From Carcharhinus amblyrhynchos (taxonomy: Eukaryota), in the NCBI GenBank assembly GCA_965287045.1, contig OZ336880.1, forward strand, positions 32,178,001-32,242,000: a DNA stretch of 64,000 nt, in the 5' to 3' direction. Below, in pieces: positions 13,864-26,756 of this stretch. The notes under the pieces were generated by a model, which was not told the origin of the DNA, searched no databases, and worked only from the letters and a program-made list of their open reading frames with translations. The translations under genes were made by a program, and so were the position numbers. Numbering within the stretch: the stretch's first letter is position 1; each line of letters opens with the position of its first letter.

Positions 13864-14539
13864 AAAAACAGGGTGAATTAATGAATAATTCATTAATGAA
13901 TTATAAGTATGGACTACTAATAGAGAATCTGATCAGAGGTTTTGACATTTTGGATAAGAATCTCTCTGACTTTTTGCAGTGTCAGGAAGTTTTAAGTTTA
14001 AGCAAAGCTGTGTAACTGGTCAGATACACTGAAGAGTGAGGCTGAATAATGTTCTTGTCAGAGATGTATTGGAGATTTCCCAAAAACTGCCCAAAGAAAT
14101 CATTCAGTTCGTGGGTTGGAAAACCAAAAGTAGATCAAGGTAGCAACCAGCCAAATGCCCTGTTAAATGCAAGATCTACAGATAAGAGGAATGCCCTACC
14201 TGAATTGTGCAGTGCCTTGGGTGTGGCATGCTCGGGTATTTTAAAGTGGTCTGCTATTCCAGGAAATTTGTATTTATCAAACAGAAGGAAAAATCTGTTG
14301 ACATAACAAGAAATCCAAGATCTGGACAACCAGGAAAACACCTTCCTGGAGAAATGCAGGAAAATAAAAATCAGTATTGGAGTGCTGACATTGACGTAAG
14401 TAGGCATCTGACTGAATTCAAGTCAGATGTAGGAGCTGGTAACTCAGCACTGTCTAACAGAATTTCATGGCTGAATAATGTGACATGACATTTGTCCTCT
14501 ATTCAACGCCAAGGTCCGGGGTGGGAGGGACAGGTAATT

Positions 14540-15752
14540 TTTTAAAAATTCATTCATGGGACATCGCTGGCCGGCCAGCTTTTATTGCCCATCCCTGGTT
14601 GCTGTTGAGAAGGTGAGCTGCCTTCTTGAAACGCTGCAGTCCATGTGCTGTTGATTGACCCACAATGCTATTGGGGAGGCAATTCCAGGATTTTGACCCA
14701 GCAATTGCAAAGGAATAGTGACATATCTCTAGGTTAGGATGATGAGTGGCTTGGAGGGGAAACTGCAGGTGGTAGTGTTTACATGTATCTGTTGCCTTTG
14801 CCATTCTAGATGACAGTGGTTGTGGGGTTGGAAAGTGCTGTCTAAGGATCTTTGGTGGATTGGTGCAGTGCATCTTGTAGATAGTACACACTGCTGCCAC
14901 TGAGTGTTAATGGTGGAGGGAGTGGATGTTGTGCTAATCAAGCAGGCTGCTTTTTTCTGGCTAGCATCAAACTTCTTGAATGTTGTTGGAGCTACACTCA
15001 TCCTGGCAAGTGGGAGTATTCCATCACACTTCTGACTTGTGCCCTGTAGATGGTGGACAGGCTTCGGGAAGTCAGGAATTGAGGTACTCGCCACAGTATT
15101 TTTAGCCTGTGACCTGCTCTTGTAGCTACTTTGTTTATGTGGTGAGTCCTGTTGAGTTTCTGGTCAATGGTAACTCCAAGGATGTTGACAATGGGGGATT
15201 CAGTAATAGTAAAAGCGTTGAATGTCAAGGGATGGTGGTTATGTGCCTCTTATTGGTGAAGGTAATTGCCTGGCATTTGTGTGGCATGAATGTTACTTGG
15301 CACCTGCCAGCCAAAGCCTGGATATTATCCAGATCTTGTTGCATTTGAACATTGACTATTTCAGTATCTGAGAATCATGAACTGTGCTGAACATTGCACA
15401 ATCATTGACAAACATTCCCACTTCTGACCTTATGATGGACGGAAGGTCATTGGTGAAGCAGCTGAAGATGGTTGGTCTTTGGACACTATCTGAGGGTCTC
15501 CTGCAGGGATATCCTGAGCTAAGATGACTGATCCTCCACAACCATCTTCCTACGTGCCAGATATGACTCCAATCAGCAGAGAGTTTGCCCCTGATACCCA
15601 TTGATTCCAATTTTGCTAGGGCTCCTTGATGCCACACTCTGTTGAATACGGTCTTGATGTCAAGGGCTATCATTCGCACCTCACCTTTGGATTCAGCTCT
15701 TTCATCTGTGTTTGAACCAAGGCTGTAATGAGGTCAGGAGCTGAGTGATCCT
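14540..15752 (-). mobile_element. L2/CR1-group LINE fragment (RT to 3' tail) inserted in Gypsy
   Basis: Minus ORFs SAPDLITALVQ, ALDIK..FNRVWHQG, ILGVTIDQKL, LSTIYRAQVRSVMEYS; tail ...cccatgaatgaattttt. Confidence 0.88.
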
Positions 15753-16645
15753 GTTCAAGGCCAGATAGATACAACACTAAAATACAAAGATAAATTTCTG
15801 AAACATCATACATTATCAAGAATAAAGAATGTTCTTTATTGAGCAAAAAAACTTGCATAGCTCTGAAACTGCTTATTGAAGTTGGCAAAGTCAAAACACA
15901 GGAGAGAAAGTAGTCATTGAGGACATTGAAGCCAGCCTGCTCACAAAAGTTCACCAACATTTTACCAAATAAGTCATTGACTTATTCACAGACAGGAGCA
16001 TAAAGAATCAGTTCTACCCGCCTCCTTCCTATCAAGACCCACAGAACGCCTTGGCATGAATTTTTTTTGCCCATTAGAGAAAATATTTCTTACAGCAGAA
16101 GATTATTAATCCAGCTGAATAAATGTGAGAAAGTAACATGGCCTCATGTCTGAATCTGTTATTACCTCTTTGAAGAAAATGTTCTCTATGGATGGCATTC
16201 CAGACATTATCTTCTCCATGTCACACACCACCTTCATTTGGTTATTTCTTGCCACTCCTTTGTTGTCAACAATTTGTAATTCTCTACCTAATAGCATTCT
16301 GAGAGCATCATCACCAGAGCTACAAGAGGTGACTCACCACCAACCTCTCAAGCTTACCGAGTTGGCAATAAATATAGCCTTGCCTGTGTCACCCACATAC
16401 AGAGAAGAAATTTTAGAAAATGTGATCCCATGGCAGATGTTAAAATCACTTTCACAGATATGGAATAGCATACAAAGCTGGAAATAGCAAGCAAAAATGT
16501 CTGGGAAAGTACAAAATATATTTGTCAATTAACAGGTTCAGGGTTATACACTCAAATTTGTGGATTAGCTGTGCATTAAAATCTCCATTTGTTCCTACAA
16601 ATGCCTTTGACATCTTCTCCATTGCAAAGCTTCAATATCTCTGTG

Positions 16646-16866
16646 GGAGTCAATGGCCTAATGGTATTATTGCTGGACTATTAATCCAGAAATTCAGCTA
16701 ATATTCTGGGGACCGTGGTTAGAATCCTACCATGGCAGATGATGGAATTTGAATTCAATGACAAATATCTGGAATTAAGAATCTACTTATGACCATGAAA
16801 CATTGTCGATCATCAGAAAAACCCATCTGGTTTACTAATGTCCTCTGGGGGGAAGGAAATCTGCCA
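16646..16866 (+). mobile_element. Deu-domain SINE (SacSINE1-like), 5' part
   Basis: tRNA-like head tggcctaatggta...ggttagaatcc and Deu core cccatctggtttactaatgtcc...gggaaggaaatctgcc. Confidence 0.8.
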
Positions 16867-17425
16867 TTTTTTAAATTCATTCTTAATTTACTGGCATCGC
16901 TGGCTGACCAGCATTTATGGCCCATCCTTAGTTGCCCTTGAGAAGGTGGTGATGAGCTGCCTTCATGAATCACTGCAGTCCATATGCTGTGGTTGACCCA
17001 CAATATCGCTAGGGAGGGAATTCCAGGATTTTGACCCAGCAACTGCAAAGGAATGGTGATACATTTCCAAGTCAGGATGGTGAGTGGCTTGGGGAACTTG
17101 CAGGTGGTGGTATTCCCATTTATCTGCAGGTGGAAGTGGTAGTGGTCATGGCTTTGGAAGATGCTGTCTAAGGATCTTTGAAGTGGTGCAGTGCATTATG
17201 TGGATAGTACACTGATGCTACTGAGCATCAGTGATGGAGGGAGTGGATGTGGTACCAATCAAGCAGACTGCTTTGTCCAGAATGGTGTCAAACTTCTTGA
17301 GCGATGTTGGAGCTGCATCCATCCATCCAGGCAAATGGGGAGTATTCCATCACATTCCTGACTTGTGTGTCTTGTAGATGGTGAATAGGCTTTGGGGAGT
17401 CAGGAGGTGAGTTACTCACCATAGG
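16867..17425 (-). mobile_element. L2/CR1-group LINE 3' fragment
   Basis: Closely resembles 14540-15100 (gctgccttc..gaa..ctgcagtcc, ccaggattttgacccagc). Confidence 0.85.
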
Positions 17426-19219
17426 TGAGTAACCTTAGCCTGTTTTCTGCATAGGTGTTCAGGATTCACATTGCAAACAGATCAGAGGTCATTTGTTCAA
17501 GCAAATATGGGTTGCACACCTGGTTGAGACTCCTCTCTCCCCCTGAAAAACTAGATTATGTATGACTGCAGCAAGCTGCTGGCAGTCTTTTCAGATGCTT
17601 CACAGCCAAACCAAAAATTCACAAAGGGAAAGGTTCCATTTTAATTCATCATTCACCTTATGGTGGAGTTGAGACAGCATTGCTCCTAGGACTCTTCTAA
17701 TTCATTTTAACCAGATCTTGAGCCAACCAATCTTGGCATCTCTCAGAACAGGTCACCTATCTCAGAGGTTACAATTAGTGTTTGCCACTCATTGGTAATA
17801 ACAATTAAGGCCAATCTCAAGGGCCTGTGGCTAGCTCCTTCAGACATATGTACCATGTGCTGTACATGGATTTTGCTCTTGCTGGGATCATACCAAAATC
17901 AACCAGTAGCCTTTCATAATCCACATTAGCCTTTGTTTTAAGTGATCGGGGAGAAATAATGTTGTATTTTAATTATCATTTTGTTCACCTTTGCAGTTCT
18001 CAGGTCATTCTTATTTGCCTGTTTTACCCCTCCTCTTTAATCTTGTTGTTTAAGTGCAGTTCAGTGACCTAGACACCATGGCACACAAACAGGCAGAATT
18101 CTTCACTATTACAATTTTTTTTCAACCTTCAGGATGAGGTTTCTTATATTCTTCATTGTTAAGCCAGACTAAGAATGCAACAAATAATTAGCATTCTGCA
18201 TGTAAGTAGTGTTGTCACAATCTTGTGTCCAATCATACATTTTACAGCAACACTGGAGCAACAACTAACTGTGCAGTCAGACAAGTCCATGTTCAGTACT
18301 GGCAGAAATCAAGAATGTTATGAATCATTGTTGACACCACTTATATCAAGCCACACCATTGATTGCAAAGTGCATTAAATCTGGATAATGCAAATGTTTA
18401 TGTTGAAACTGTTCCTGTTAATATGTGCATGCCCACACTTCTGTAGGACATAAATCTCATACTTTCAGTGCTTATATTCACTGTCAAAATGGCACTTCTG
18501 AATGATGGAAGATTGGGAGTATACCTTCAGCTTCAGTTATAAGTTTATTGCAGTGCAACTAGTTGATTTCATAAGTCACAGAAAAGGCTTTCTTATTCTA
18601 GATTTTTAAACCAGAAAAAGGTATTGATTACAGGATAGGATCACTAAAATATTTGTAAAATGTTGAGTTATATGTCAATGTAACTTATTCAGCCGTCCTG
18701 ATCATAGACCCAAGTTTAGTTGTTGAATGGTCTGACCTTTTTACTCTCCCTTAAAAAGTGGTCAGCTTTTGTTAGATTTTTTGAGTTTGCTGTGTATCTG
18801 AGTATATACAAGTCTATGGCAAAAAAAAATCTTAAATGTGGTATTTAAGTGACAATCTTATACAGAGACGCCAGACTGACAATAAACATAATGATGTAAC
18901 TATGCTTCATATCAGAGGCTCAGATTAAGGTGTATTGCTGGTAACTAAGTGGAAAGAGTTTTATACCAAATTCCATTCAATCATTATTGTAATTCAGTTG
19001 GGAATTGATAAAGAATCTCAACTGTAAATTTTCATCTTCACAAAGGAAACTAATCTGAATTATTACAAACATAATGCATTGCCAAGAGTGATGCAAGCTA
19101 TTTCAAAATTACTGTATTTCATTCCTGTAGTTCAGGCATGTCCTTGGGGTTTCTGAAGAACAATAAGCCATGGAACACCAAATCAGAACTCCAAAAATAT
19201 ATTTTAATGTTTATATAAC

Positions 19220-21190
19220 AAATTAAATACATTAGTGTTTATTCAAAACATCAAATATTGTATTTTCAGACCATTCAGAATAATTAACACTGGTCCATTT
19301 GCCACTGAAGTAGCAATTTCAAATGGTGCAGACCACTTGGATACAATCAACTACTCTCCCAGATATCCTCTGACCCTTGTAATGTTCTTTAAATTGAATT
19401 CCAAAAGGAAACGTTAATATTAACATTAGAGTATATGTACTGTCAATCACCACTTTACAGTTTAATATTTTAAAGATCAATAAGGTTATGAGGGAGGCAC
19501 AGTTTAAACTATGTTCTAACATACTTTTGGTTAACGATCAAGACATATTAAAGACATTATTATAGCAACATCAGTACATTACAGGTCGAAGTTCAAGAGG
19601 ACATTTCATGGCAACAATAAACACAGATTTCAAATTTGTTGAATTGTACCGTAGGGAATTGCTCTCAATTCCCTTTATGAGCTAATCTGCCACTACAACA
19701 GAGCAATACTCTACAGCTATTCTCCAGTTAACTACAGGTAATATAAAATGATACTCGACTTGACTAAAACGTAATATGCAGCTACCAAAGTAATTTATTA
19801 CACACTTTGGACAGGAGTGCACAACCAGTTGTTGGAATCTTCTGTAATAACTAGCATTGTTGGTATAATTATTGCATTTTTATTTGTAGCCTTTTTAATG
19901 CTGCATTTATAATGATTCTTGGTCGGTCTGTAGCAGAAGTACTACAGGGCTTTGGCTGCCTGCGTGATCAGATTAAAATATCTGGGCTTTGATCAGTTAA
20001 ATTCTCCAGAACCTAAATGCAATATGACTTCAGACAGAAGACAAACTAAACAGGAGAAAAAAAACAGAAATCAAGGCAAAAAGATACAGTTACAAATCTC
20101 CTTTAATGCAGACTCATATCTCAGCATATTTCTTCTGTTTCTAACAGAAAAGTTGCAAATGCAACTCTTTTAGTCTTTGTTCACTACTTCAGTCATCCCC
20201 CATGAGATCCAAAGAAAATTGAGATGCACTGCTTTTAAAAAAAATGTAGTATAAACTGTACAGCAAAAGTAAAATTAAGTAAACATAAATGAACAGTGTA
20301 TATAAACAGAAATAGCTAATTAACAAGTATATTTTAATTAGAAAGGAATTAAGCTTTGATTCCCCTCCCCACAATTTTAATTAGGGATCTGGGAATTTTC
20401 TGATATCTAGTCTGTCAACAAACTAAGTCGAAATGAAGCTTTTTGACACTTATTGTATTTGAGAAAGTAGATGGACAGTGCTCAAAAACCTAGTCAAACA
20501 TGCACAACTTCTGATACACGTGGATAACTTTGGCAATTGTGTTCGAAATACACATTTGGAGTGACCTTTTGTGCATTTCATACCTTGCCTCTCATTACAC
20601 TGAGATCACCTTGTGGCCGACATTGGATTAGCTCAACTAGACCAATTCAAAACTCAATTCATTGATCCAATTCCATCCCACATCCCTTACTAATGATAAA
20701 TGAGCATATTAAACATATATAATCTTAGATATCACATGTGTACTGCACCCCACTTTAAATAAAAAAGTATACAACCAAGAAGGGTTTATTAAGCATATGC
20801 TAGACAAGTTTCTAGAGAAAGGCAATACATTATCCATCTTAAGCTACTAAAAAATCCATGTAATGTATTGTTACTAATTATTTTCAATACTGGGTACCAT
20901 TAGTAATAGAGTTTTCTTTTCTTCATGACCAATTCTTAAATAAAGTTAAATAGTTTCCTCAGTAAGACCAGCTGCACTTGTAGCCTTTACTCAATATAGC
21001 CAACAAGGAAACCATTAGGTTAGAAATTATTCATTCAGTTTTCTACTGAACCAACAAACCCATTGTCCACAGTAACTTTGATAAAACAGAAACCACAATA
21101 ATGGAACAGATATGAGGCAACATTGGTCATAAGGCTCTTGTCACGATGCTTGCTGATGCCATTTTGAGAAATAGGCAGATTTGGAAGAGG
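19220..21190 (-). other. NAB1: NAB1 3' UTR (candidate end near AATAAA at 19238-19243; may extend to about 18.2-18.5 kb)
   Basis: AT-rich stretch after the stop with no recognisable TE. Minus-strand AATAAA at 19794-19799, 19238-19243 and 18544-18549. Confidence 0.6.
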
Positions 21191-21297
21191 CTATCTAATA
21201 TCCTCAGGCTCTATTTTGATAGGTTTCAATACTTCATTCTTCTTTTCTGTGTGATTTAGGACGGTCTGACAAAACTCCTTCAAGGTTCCTATGTTTT
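21191..21297 (-). CDS. NAB1: NAB1 last coding exon, 107 nt including TAG
   Basis: ttttttttcaatgtaacag|AA AAC..., encodes (E)NIGTLKEFCQTVLNHTEKKNEVLKPIKIEPEDIR*, matching the NAB1 C-terminus IKxEPED.R. Confidence 0.94.
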
Positions 21298-21937
21298 CTG
21301 TTACATTGAAAAAAAATTAAGCAGTCTGGAAATAGATAACATTTCATACAAGAGATGGAATCTGCTACCACTGCCTTGATCTCTGTAGATATCCTGATCG
21401 CCGCTTTTACCTATAAGCTGACATTTAAATGTTTGCGGTTTAACCACATTTAAAAACTCCCTGTTCTCCCCCCTTACACCACAAGATATAGAAGGTGCAT
21501 AAATGTTACATTAACATAAATTGTTTATGCCATTATTTTTAGAAATTCAAATGAAATGAGCGGGATCTCAATTATATAAACTGTACTCAATTTAAATTTG
21601 CATTGGGTAGCTTTGGTCTTGATAATATTTATGATTATTCAGTTTTGGCAAAATTAAAGATACTGGTTATTGCTACAGGTTTTTTATATGCATTAAAATT
21701 CTCTTTTTTATACCCCAATAATCCAGTGTGTTAGTGGAAAGATCTATCATTTGTCCCATTTCTTCAATATATTGAACATATAGAAGAAATATTGTTGTAC
21801 TTTTTACATTAAAATATTGCTTGCATTGATTTCCTGGCCTTTTAATACTAGGCAACTACAGCAACCGGAGTTAATTCAAAGCTTCATTCACAAATTTACT
21901 GGTGTGGCTGGGAGTATAGTGCTAAGAGCTCCTCAAA

Positions 21938-22190
21938 GGCAGCATGATGGTAGAGTGGTTAGCATGGTTGACTCAGCTCCAGCGACTCGGGTTAGGTGGA
22001 GGTTAGATGGATTGCCATGTTAAATTGTCCCTTAGTGTCCCAAAATGTGTAGATTAGATGGATTAGCCATGGGAAATGTGTGTGGTTACAGGGATAGGAC
22101 AGAAGAAAGGAGGCCTAGGTAACATGTCATAGTGTTGGTGCAGACCTGATGGGCCGAATAGCCTCTTCTGCAATGTAGGGTTTCTGTACT
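21938..22190 (+). mobile_element. HE1-like V-SINE with internal deletion
   Basis: ggcagcatgatggtagagtggttagc head and gatgggccgaatagcctcttctgca tail. Confidence 0.8.
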
Positions 22191-22644
22191 AATCAATACA
22201 GGCAGCCTAGGAGTTAACCAATCCATAGGTAGACCCAAGATACCATAAAATGAGGAATTAGTGCAAACCCTCACTCAAAAAAAAAGTTTAGCAATAATAA
22301 GACTATTTTCAGTAGCACTTTTGACTATGAGACATAATGTATTGGGTGCAGAATCTACTGCCTCAGAAAAAGTTTTGATCTCAATCAGCTTACAATGCAG
22401 GGGGTGGGTGAGGTGCATATGTCTGCAGGTCCACAAACTCAAGTTGTTTTGCATTTGCTACACTTTCAAACAGTAGCAATCAATGAGAGTGTAAGTGGAA
22501 TTGAAAGTCTGGGAGTAGGCTGCATGCTTGTGCAAAAAGTCAAAGAATTATATATATATTATTAAAATGCACAAGGCATTTTGATAGCTGTCCGTGACAA
22601 ATAGTAGTACCTCTATTAATTAAGATAATGTACAACCAGCAAAA

Positions 22645-22980
22645 TCCTACACTCTCATTTTGAAGGGGCTGGACAGGGGAGACAAGAGAGGTTGTTTCCC
22701 CTGGCTGAGGAATCAGGGACATAGTCTCAGCATTAGAGGCCAATCATTTGGAATAGTGAAGAGGAGAAATTTCTTCACTGAGAGGGCTGTGAATCTTTGG
22801 GATTCTCTATCCCAGTGGATGCTACATCGTTGAATGTATTTAAGGTTGTGATAGACTTTTGATTTCTCAAGGAATCAAGGGAAAATGGAGTGGATGCTAA
22901 AGATCAGCCAGGATTGTACTGAATGGTGGTGCAGGCTCAACAGGCTTGTGCTCTAGTTCTGTTCCCACTTTTTATGTTCA
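22645..22980 (+). mobile_element. CR1 3' fragment
   Basis: KGLDR..LFPL..H.L.I, FFTERAVNLW, gatcagcca tail. Confidence 0.8.
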
Positions 22981-23044
22981 TTCAGTCCCATTTCTTAACT
23001 TCATATGTTCATGTTAACAGGCCCTATCAACTTATTCACATTAC

Positions 23045-23197
23045 CTGAAGAGTGAGGCTCTCTTGGGTTGCTTGAATAAAGTCTGCTTAATTCATTCGAC
23101 ACTTGCTGAGCAAGCTGTAGATCTTCTCTTGATACCATTTGCTGCATTATTTGCCTACTCTGATGGTCAGAGATCCTGAGATTCAGTGGTTTTTCAG
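23045..23197 (-). CDS. NAB1: NAB1 coding exon 6, 153 nt, symmetric phase 1-1
   Basis: ttttgctttcag|CT GAA..., encodes (A)EKPLNLRISDHQSRQIMQQMVSREDLQLAQQVSNELSRLYSSNPREPHSS, donor TCAG|gtaatg. PLNLR and ELSRLY are NAB1 motifs. Confidence 0.92.
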
Positions 23198-24825
23198 CTG
23201 AAAGCAAAAGGTTGACAGAGAGAGAAATAAATACTAGTCCTTAATTCAGATACAAACATCATAAACAATGCAACAAAGCTAAAACGCTATAGATGCCAGA
23301 AATCAAAAATAAAATGCTTAGATGATCAGACAGCTCGTGCAAAGATAAACATAAACAAGGGCAGAGTTCTCCAACGTCACCCACAGCGGGGATTCTCCGG
23401 TCTCAATGCAGTGAACGGAGATTTGGTTGAGTGCCAACATCTGTTTTTACTGGCAGCACCTCCATTGCTGGGTGCAAAAAATCTTGCCATTGACTCGACT
23501 CCTCCACAGCTGTTGCTTCACCTCATCCAGCTGTCCAGATTCATTGTTTCATGAACAGAAATCATGGGAGCAGAGGATGGAACACAAAGCTAAAGTAATT
23601 AGGATGTTCACATTTGACACATACAAGGTCCCTCTTTTTTATTTTAAGCTTCTACGTGCACTGATGCAGTCCATCCCACACACGTGCTGAAGCCAAAAAT
23701 AACTCAGGAGCTTGGCACTCTAATTCAGTTAGTTATCCATCAGCATGCATATAGGAGTAGGAGGAAGGAATGTTTAGGTGTGCCTTCCTAAAATGCGTGT
23801 CTAGCTGCAACTCAATTATAACTGTTTGAGGGGTGGAGACATTGAAGAAAAATACTTTATTACAAGTGAAATGGAAAAGGTCCATGCAAAGTATTCTGTA
23901 CTGGGGGGTGGGTGATTGGCAACTAGACAATCTATTACAGCAGCAGATTTCATTTATATAGCATATTTAGAACAAAAATCACAAAACACTGGGAACAGAA
24001 GGGTAAGGGCAAAAATAGAGTCAGAGAAAGTGGCTCATTGTCAAGAGAACAATCACAACACAGAAAAGAAGAGCAATAAGGATGGTGTTAGCTGTGGAGA
24101 GGATGGATGTGGTATGATGTGTGATGGTCACAACAAATCTGGTTTTAGACAGAACAAGCCAGTCATGCACCATGTGTACAAGGATCTGCAGTCCCCTTCC
24201 CCAGTCTTAAGGTATGAAGGGGACAACTATAGTATCCCTACAGTGCAGAAGGCCATTCAGCCATCAGGTCTGCACTGACTCTCTGGAAGAGCATCTTGCC
24301 TAGACCTACTACACCCGCAACCCCATACATTTACAATGGCTAATCCTCATAACTTGCAAATTTTTGGACGATAGTAGGTGAAACATAGAGGTCAGCAATC
24401 AGCAATGACTTAGTGGAGGGACAAGGATATCTAAGAAAACTTTTAGAGATACTAGGATACCAGTGTCATAGGAGGCCAAAGACAGTCAAAGGAAAGCAGT
24501 TGAAGTCAAGTGCGTTAAAAGGGAGCTGGGTAGGAAATGGACAAAAAAAAAGGATGGTGATCATAGATAGACCATTTAGTGCTTAAAGAAGAAATACATC
24601 TTGAAGGAATAGGGCAAAAATCAATATTGAGACTTGGCAGAGTTGCACCAAGGTCACGATAGAATATATAGGGTGCAACTTTGTTGGGGGAGGAGGAAGA
24701 AAGGAGTCACCATTCGGGAGTCAAATTTCAGAACTAGAATATCAAGAGATGTATTTAAAGTGAGGATATAGATTGGAAGGCTTTGCTCATTTGGAGTAAG
24801 TTTTCTCGACATGGAACAAATCAAT

Positions 24826-26756
24826 GACTTAGCGGTATTATCGCTAGACTATTAATCCAGAAACTCAGTTAATATGCTGGGGGTCCAGGTTCGAATCCTG
24901 CCATAGAACATAGAACATTACAGCGCAGAACAGGCCCTTCGGCCCACGATGTTGCGCCGACCAGTTAAAAAAAAACAACAACAATGACCCATTAACCTAA
25001 ACCAATCCCTTTTCGTCCATAAACCTGTCCACAGACCTCTTAAACGCCCCCAAACTAGGCGCATTTACAACTGCAGCAGGCAGGGCATTCCAATCCCTCA
25101 CCACCCTCTGGGTAAAGAACCTACCCCTGACATCTGTCCTATAACTACCCCCCCTTAGTTTAAAGCCATGCCCCCTCGTGCTAGATTTTTCCATCAGAGG
25201 AAAAAGGCTATCACTATCCACCCTATCTAAACCTCTAATCATCTTATATGTTTCAATAAGATCCCCTCTTAGCCGCCTTCTTTCCAGCGAAAACAACCCC
25301 AAATCCCTCAGCCTCTCCTCATAGGATCTCCCCTCCATATCAGGCAACATCCTGGTAAACCTCCTCTGCACCCTCTCCAAAGCCTCCACATCCTTCCTGT
25401 AATGTGGGGACCAGAACTGCACACAATACTCCAAGTGCGGCCGCACCAGAGTTGTGTACAGTTGCAACATAATGCTACGACTCCTAAATTCAATCCCCCT
25501 ACCAATAAACGCCAAGACACTGTATGCCTTCTTAACAACCTTATCTACTTGATTCCCAACTTTCAGGGATCTATGTACACATACACCTAGATCCCTCTGC
25601 TCCTCCACACTATTCAAAGTCTTCCCGTTAGCCCTATACTCAACACATCTGTTATTCCTACCAAAGTGAATTACCTCACATTTCTCTGCATTAAACTCCA
25701 TCCGCCACCTCTCGGCCCAGCTCTGCAACCTGTCTAAGTCTTCCTGCAAACTATGACCCTTCCTCACTATCTACCACACCTCCGACTTTGGTGTCATCAG
25801 CAAATTTACTGATCCACCCAACTATACCCTCATCCAGATCATTAATAAAAATCACAAACAGCAGTGGCCCCAACACAGATCCCTGAGGCACACCACTTGT
25901 AACCGAACTCCATGATGAATATTTACCGTCAACCACTACCCTCTGTCTCCTATCCGCTAGCCAATTCCTAATCCAGTTCCCTAGATCACCCCCAATCCCA
26001 TACATCTGCATTTTGTGCAGAAGCCTACCATGGTGAACCTTATCAAACGCCTTACTAAAATCCATATACACCACGTCCACTGCCTTACCCCCATCCACCT
26101 CTTTGGTCACTTTCTCAAAAAACTCAATAAGGTTAGTAAGGCACGACCTACCCGCCACAAAACCATGCTGACTATCTCCAATCAACTCATTACTCTCCAA
26201 ATAACTATAAATCCTATCCCTAATAATTTTTTCCAAAACCTTGCCCACAACAGAAGTGAGACTCACCGGTCTATAATTCCCGGGGAAGTCTCTGTTCCCC
26301 TTCTTAAACAATGGGACAACATTCGCTAACCTCCAATCATCTGGTACTATACCAGAGGCCAACGACGACCTGAAGATCAGAGCCAGAGGCTCTGCAATCA
26401 CTTCTCTTGCCTCCCAGAGAATCCTGGGGTAAATCCCATCCGGACCAGGGGACTTATCTATTTTCAGACCCTCCAGAATATCCAGATGGAGGAATTTGAA
26501 TTCAATACATTAAAAAAATCTGGAATTAAGAATCTACACATGGCCATGAAATCATTGTCGACTGTTGGAAAAATCCATTTGATTCACTAATGTCCTTTAG
26601 GGAAGGAATTCTGCCAACCTTGCCTGGTTTGACCTGCGTGTGACTCCAGAGCCACAGCAATGTGGTTGACTCTCAACTGCCCTCCAAGGGCAACTAGGGA
26701 TGGGCAACAAATGTTGGCCATCCAGCAACACCAATGTCCCATGAATGAATAAAAAA
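24826..26756 (+). mobile_element. Deu-domain SINE split by a CR1 (halves 24826-24905 and 26483-26756)
   Basis: Head ...ggttcgaatcctgccat continues as cagatggaggaatttgaattcaat, then Deu core and cccatgaatgaataaaaaa tail. Confidence 0.85.
24904..26482 (-). mobile_element. Young 5'-truncated CR1 LINE (near-intact RT)
   Basis: ORFs 25751-26401 and 24997-25767 cover RT motifs ([27 protein letters not shown]) to the C-terminus with one frameshift; (tgttcta)n tail. Confidence 0.96.

Larger units (their letters stand above)
13010..16217 (+). mobile_element. Ty3/Gypsy relic (PBS-like site, gag, zinc knuckle, protease, integrase start), split by two LINEs
   Basis: TGGCAGCAG at 13011; gag-like ETFDSYFNL..RAKFN; knuckle C.GCG..GYF.VVC.S and protease FKSDVGAG (from FKLDTGA) in ORF 14207-14488; SLLSKKTCIAL; integrase SRP.ERLGM.FF and SESVITSLKKMFS.DGIPDII. 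Confidence 0.8.
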
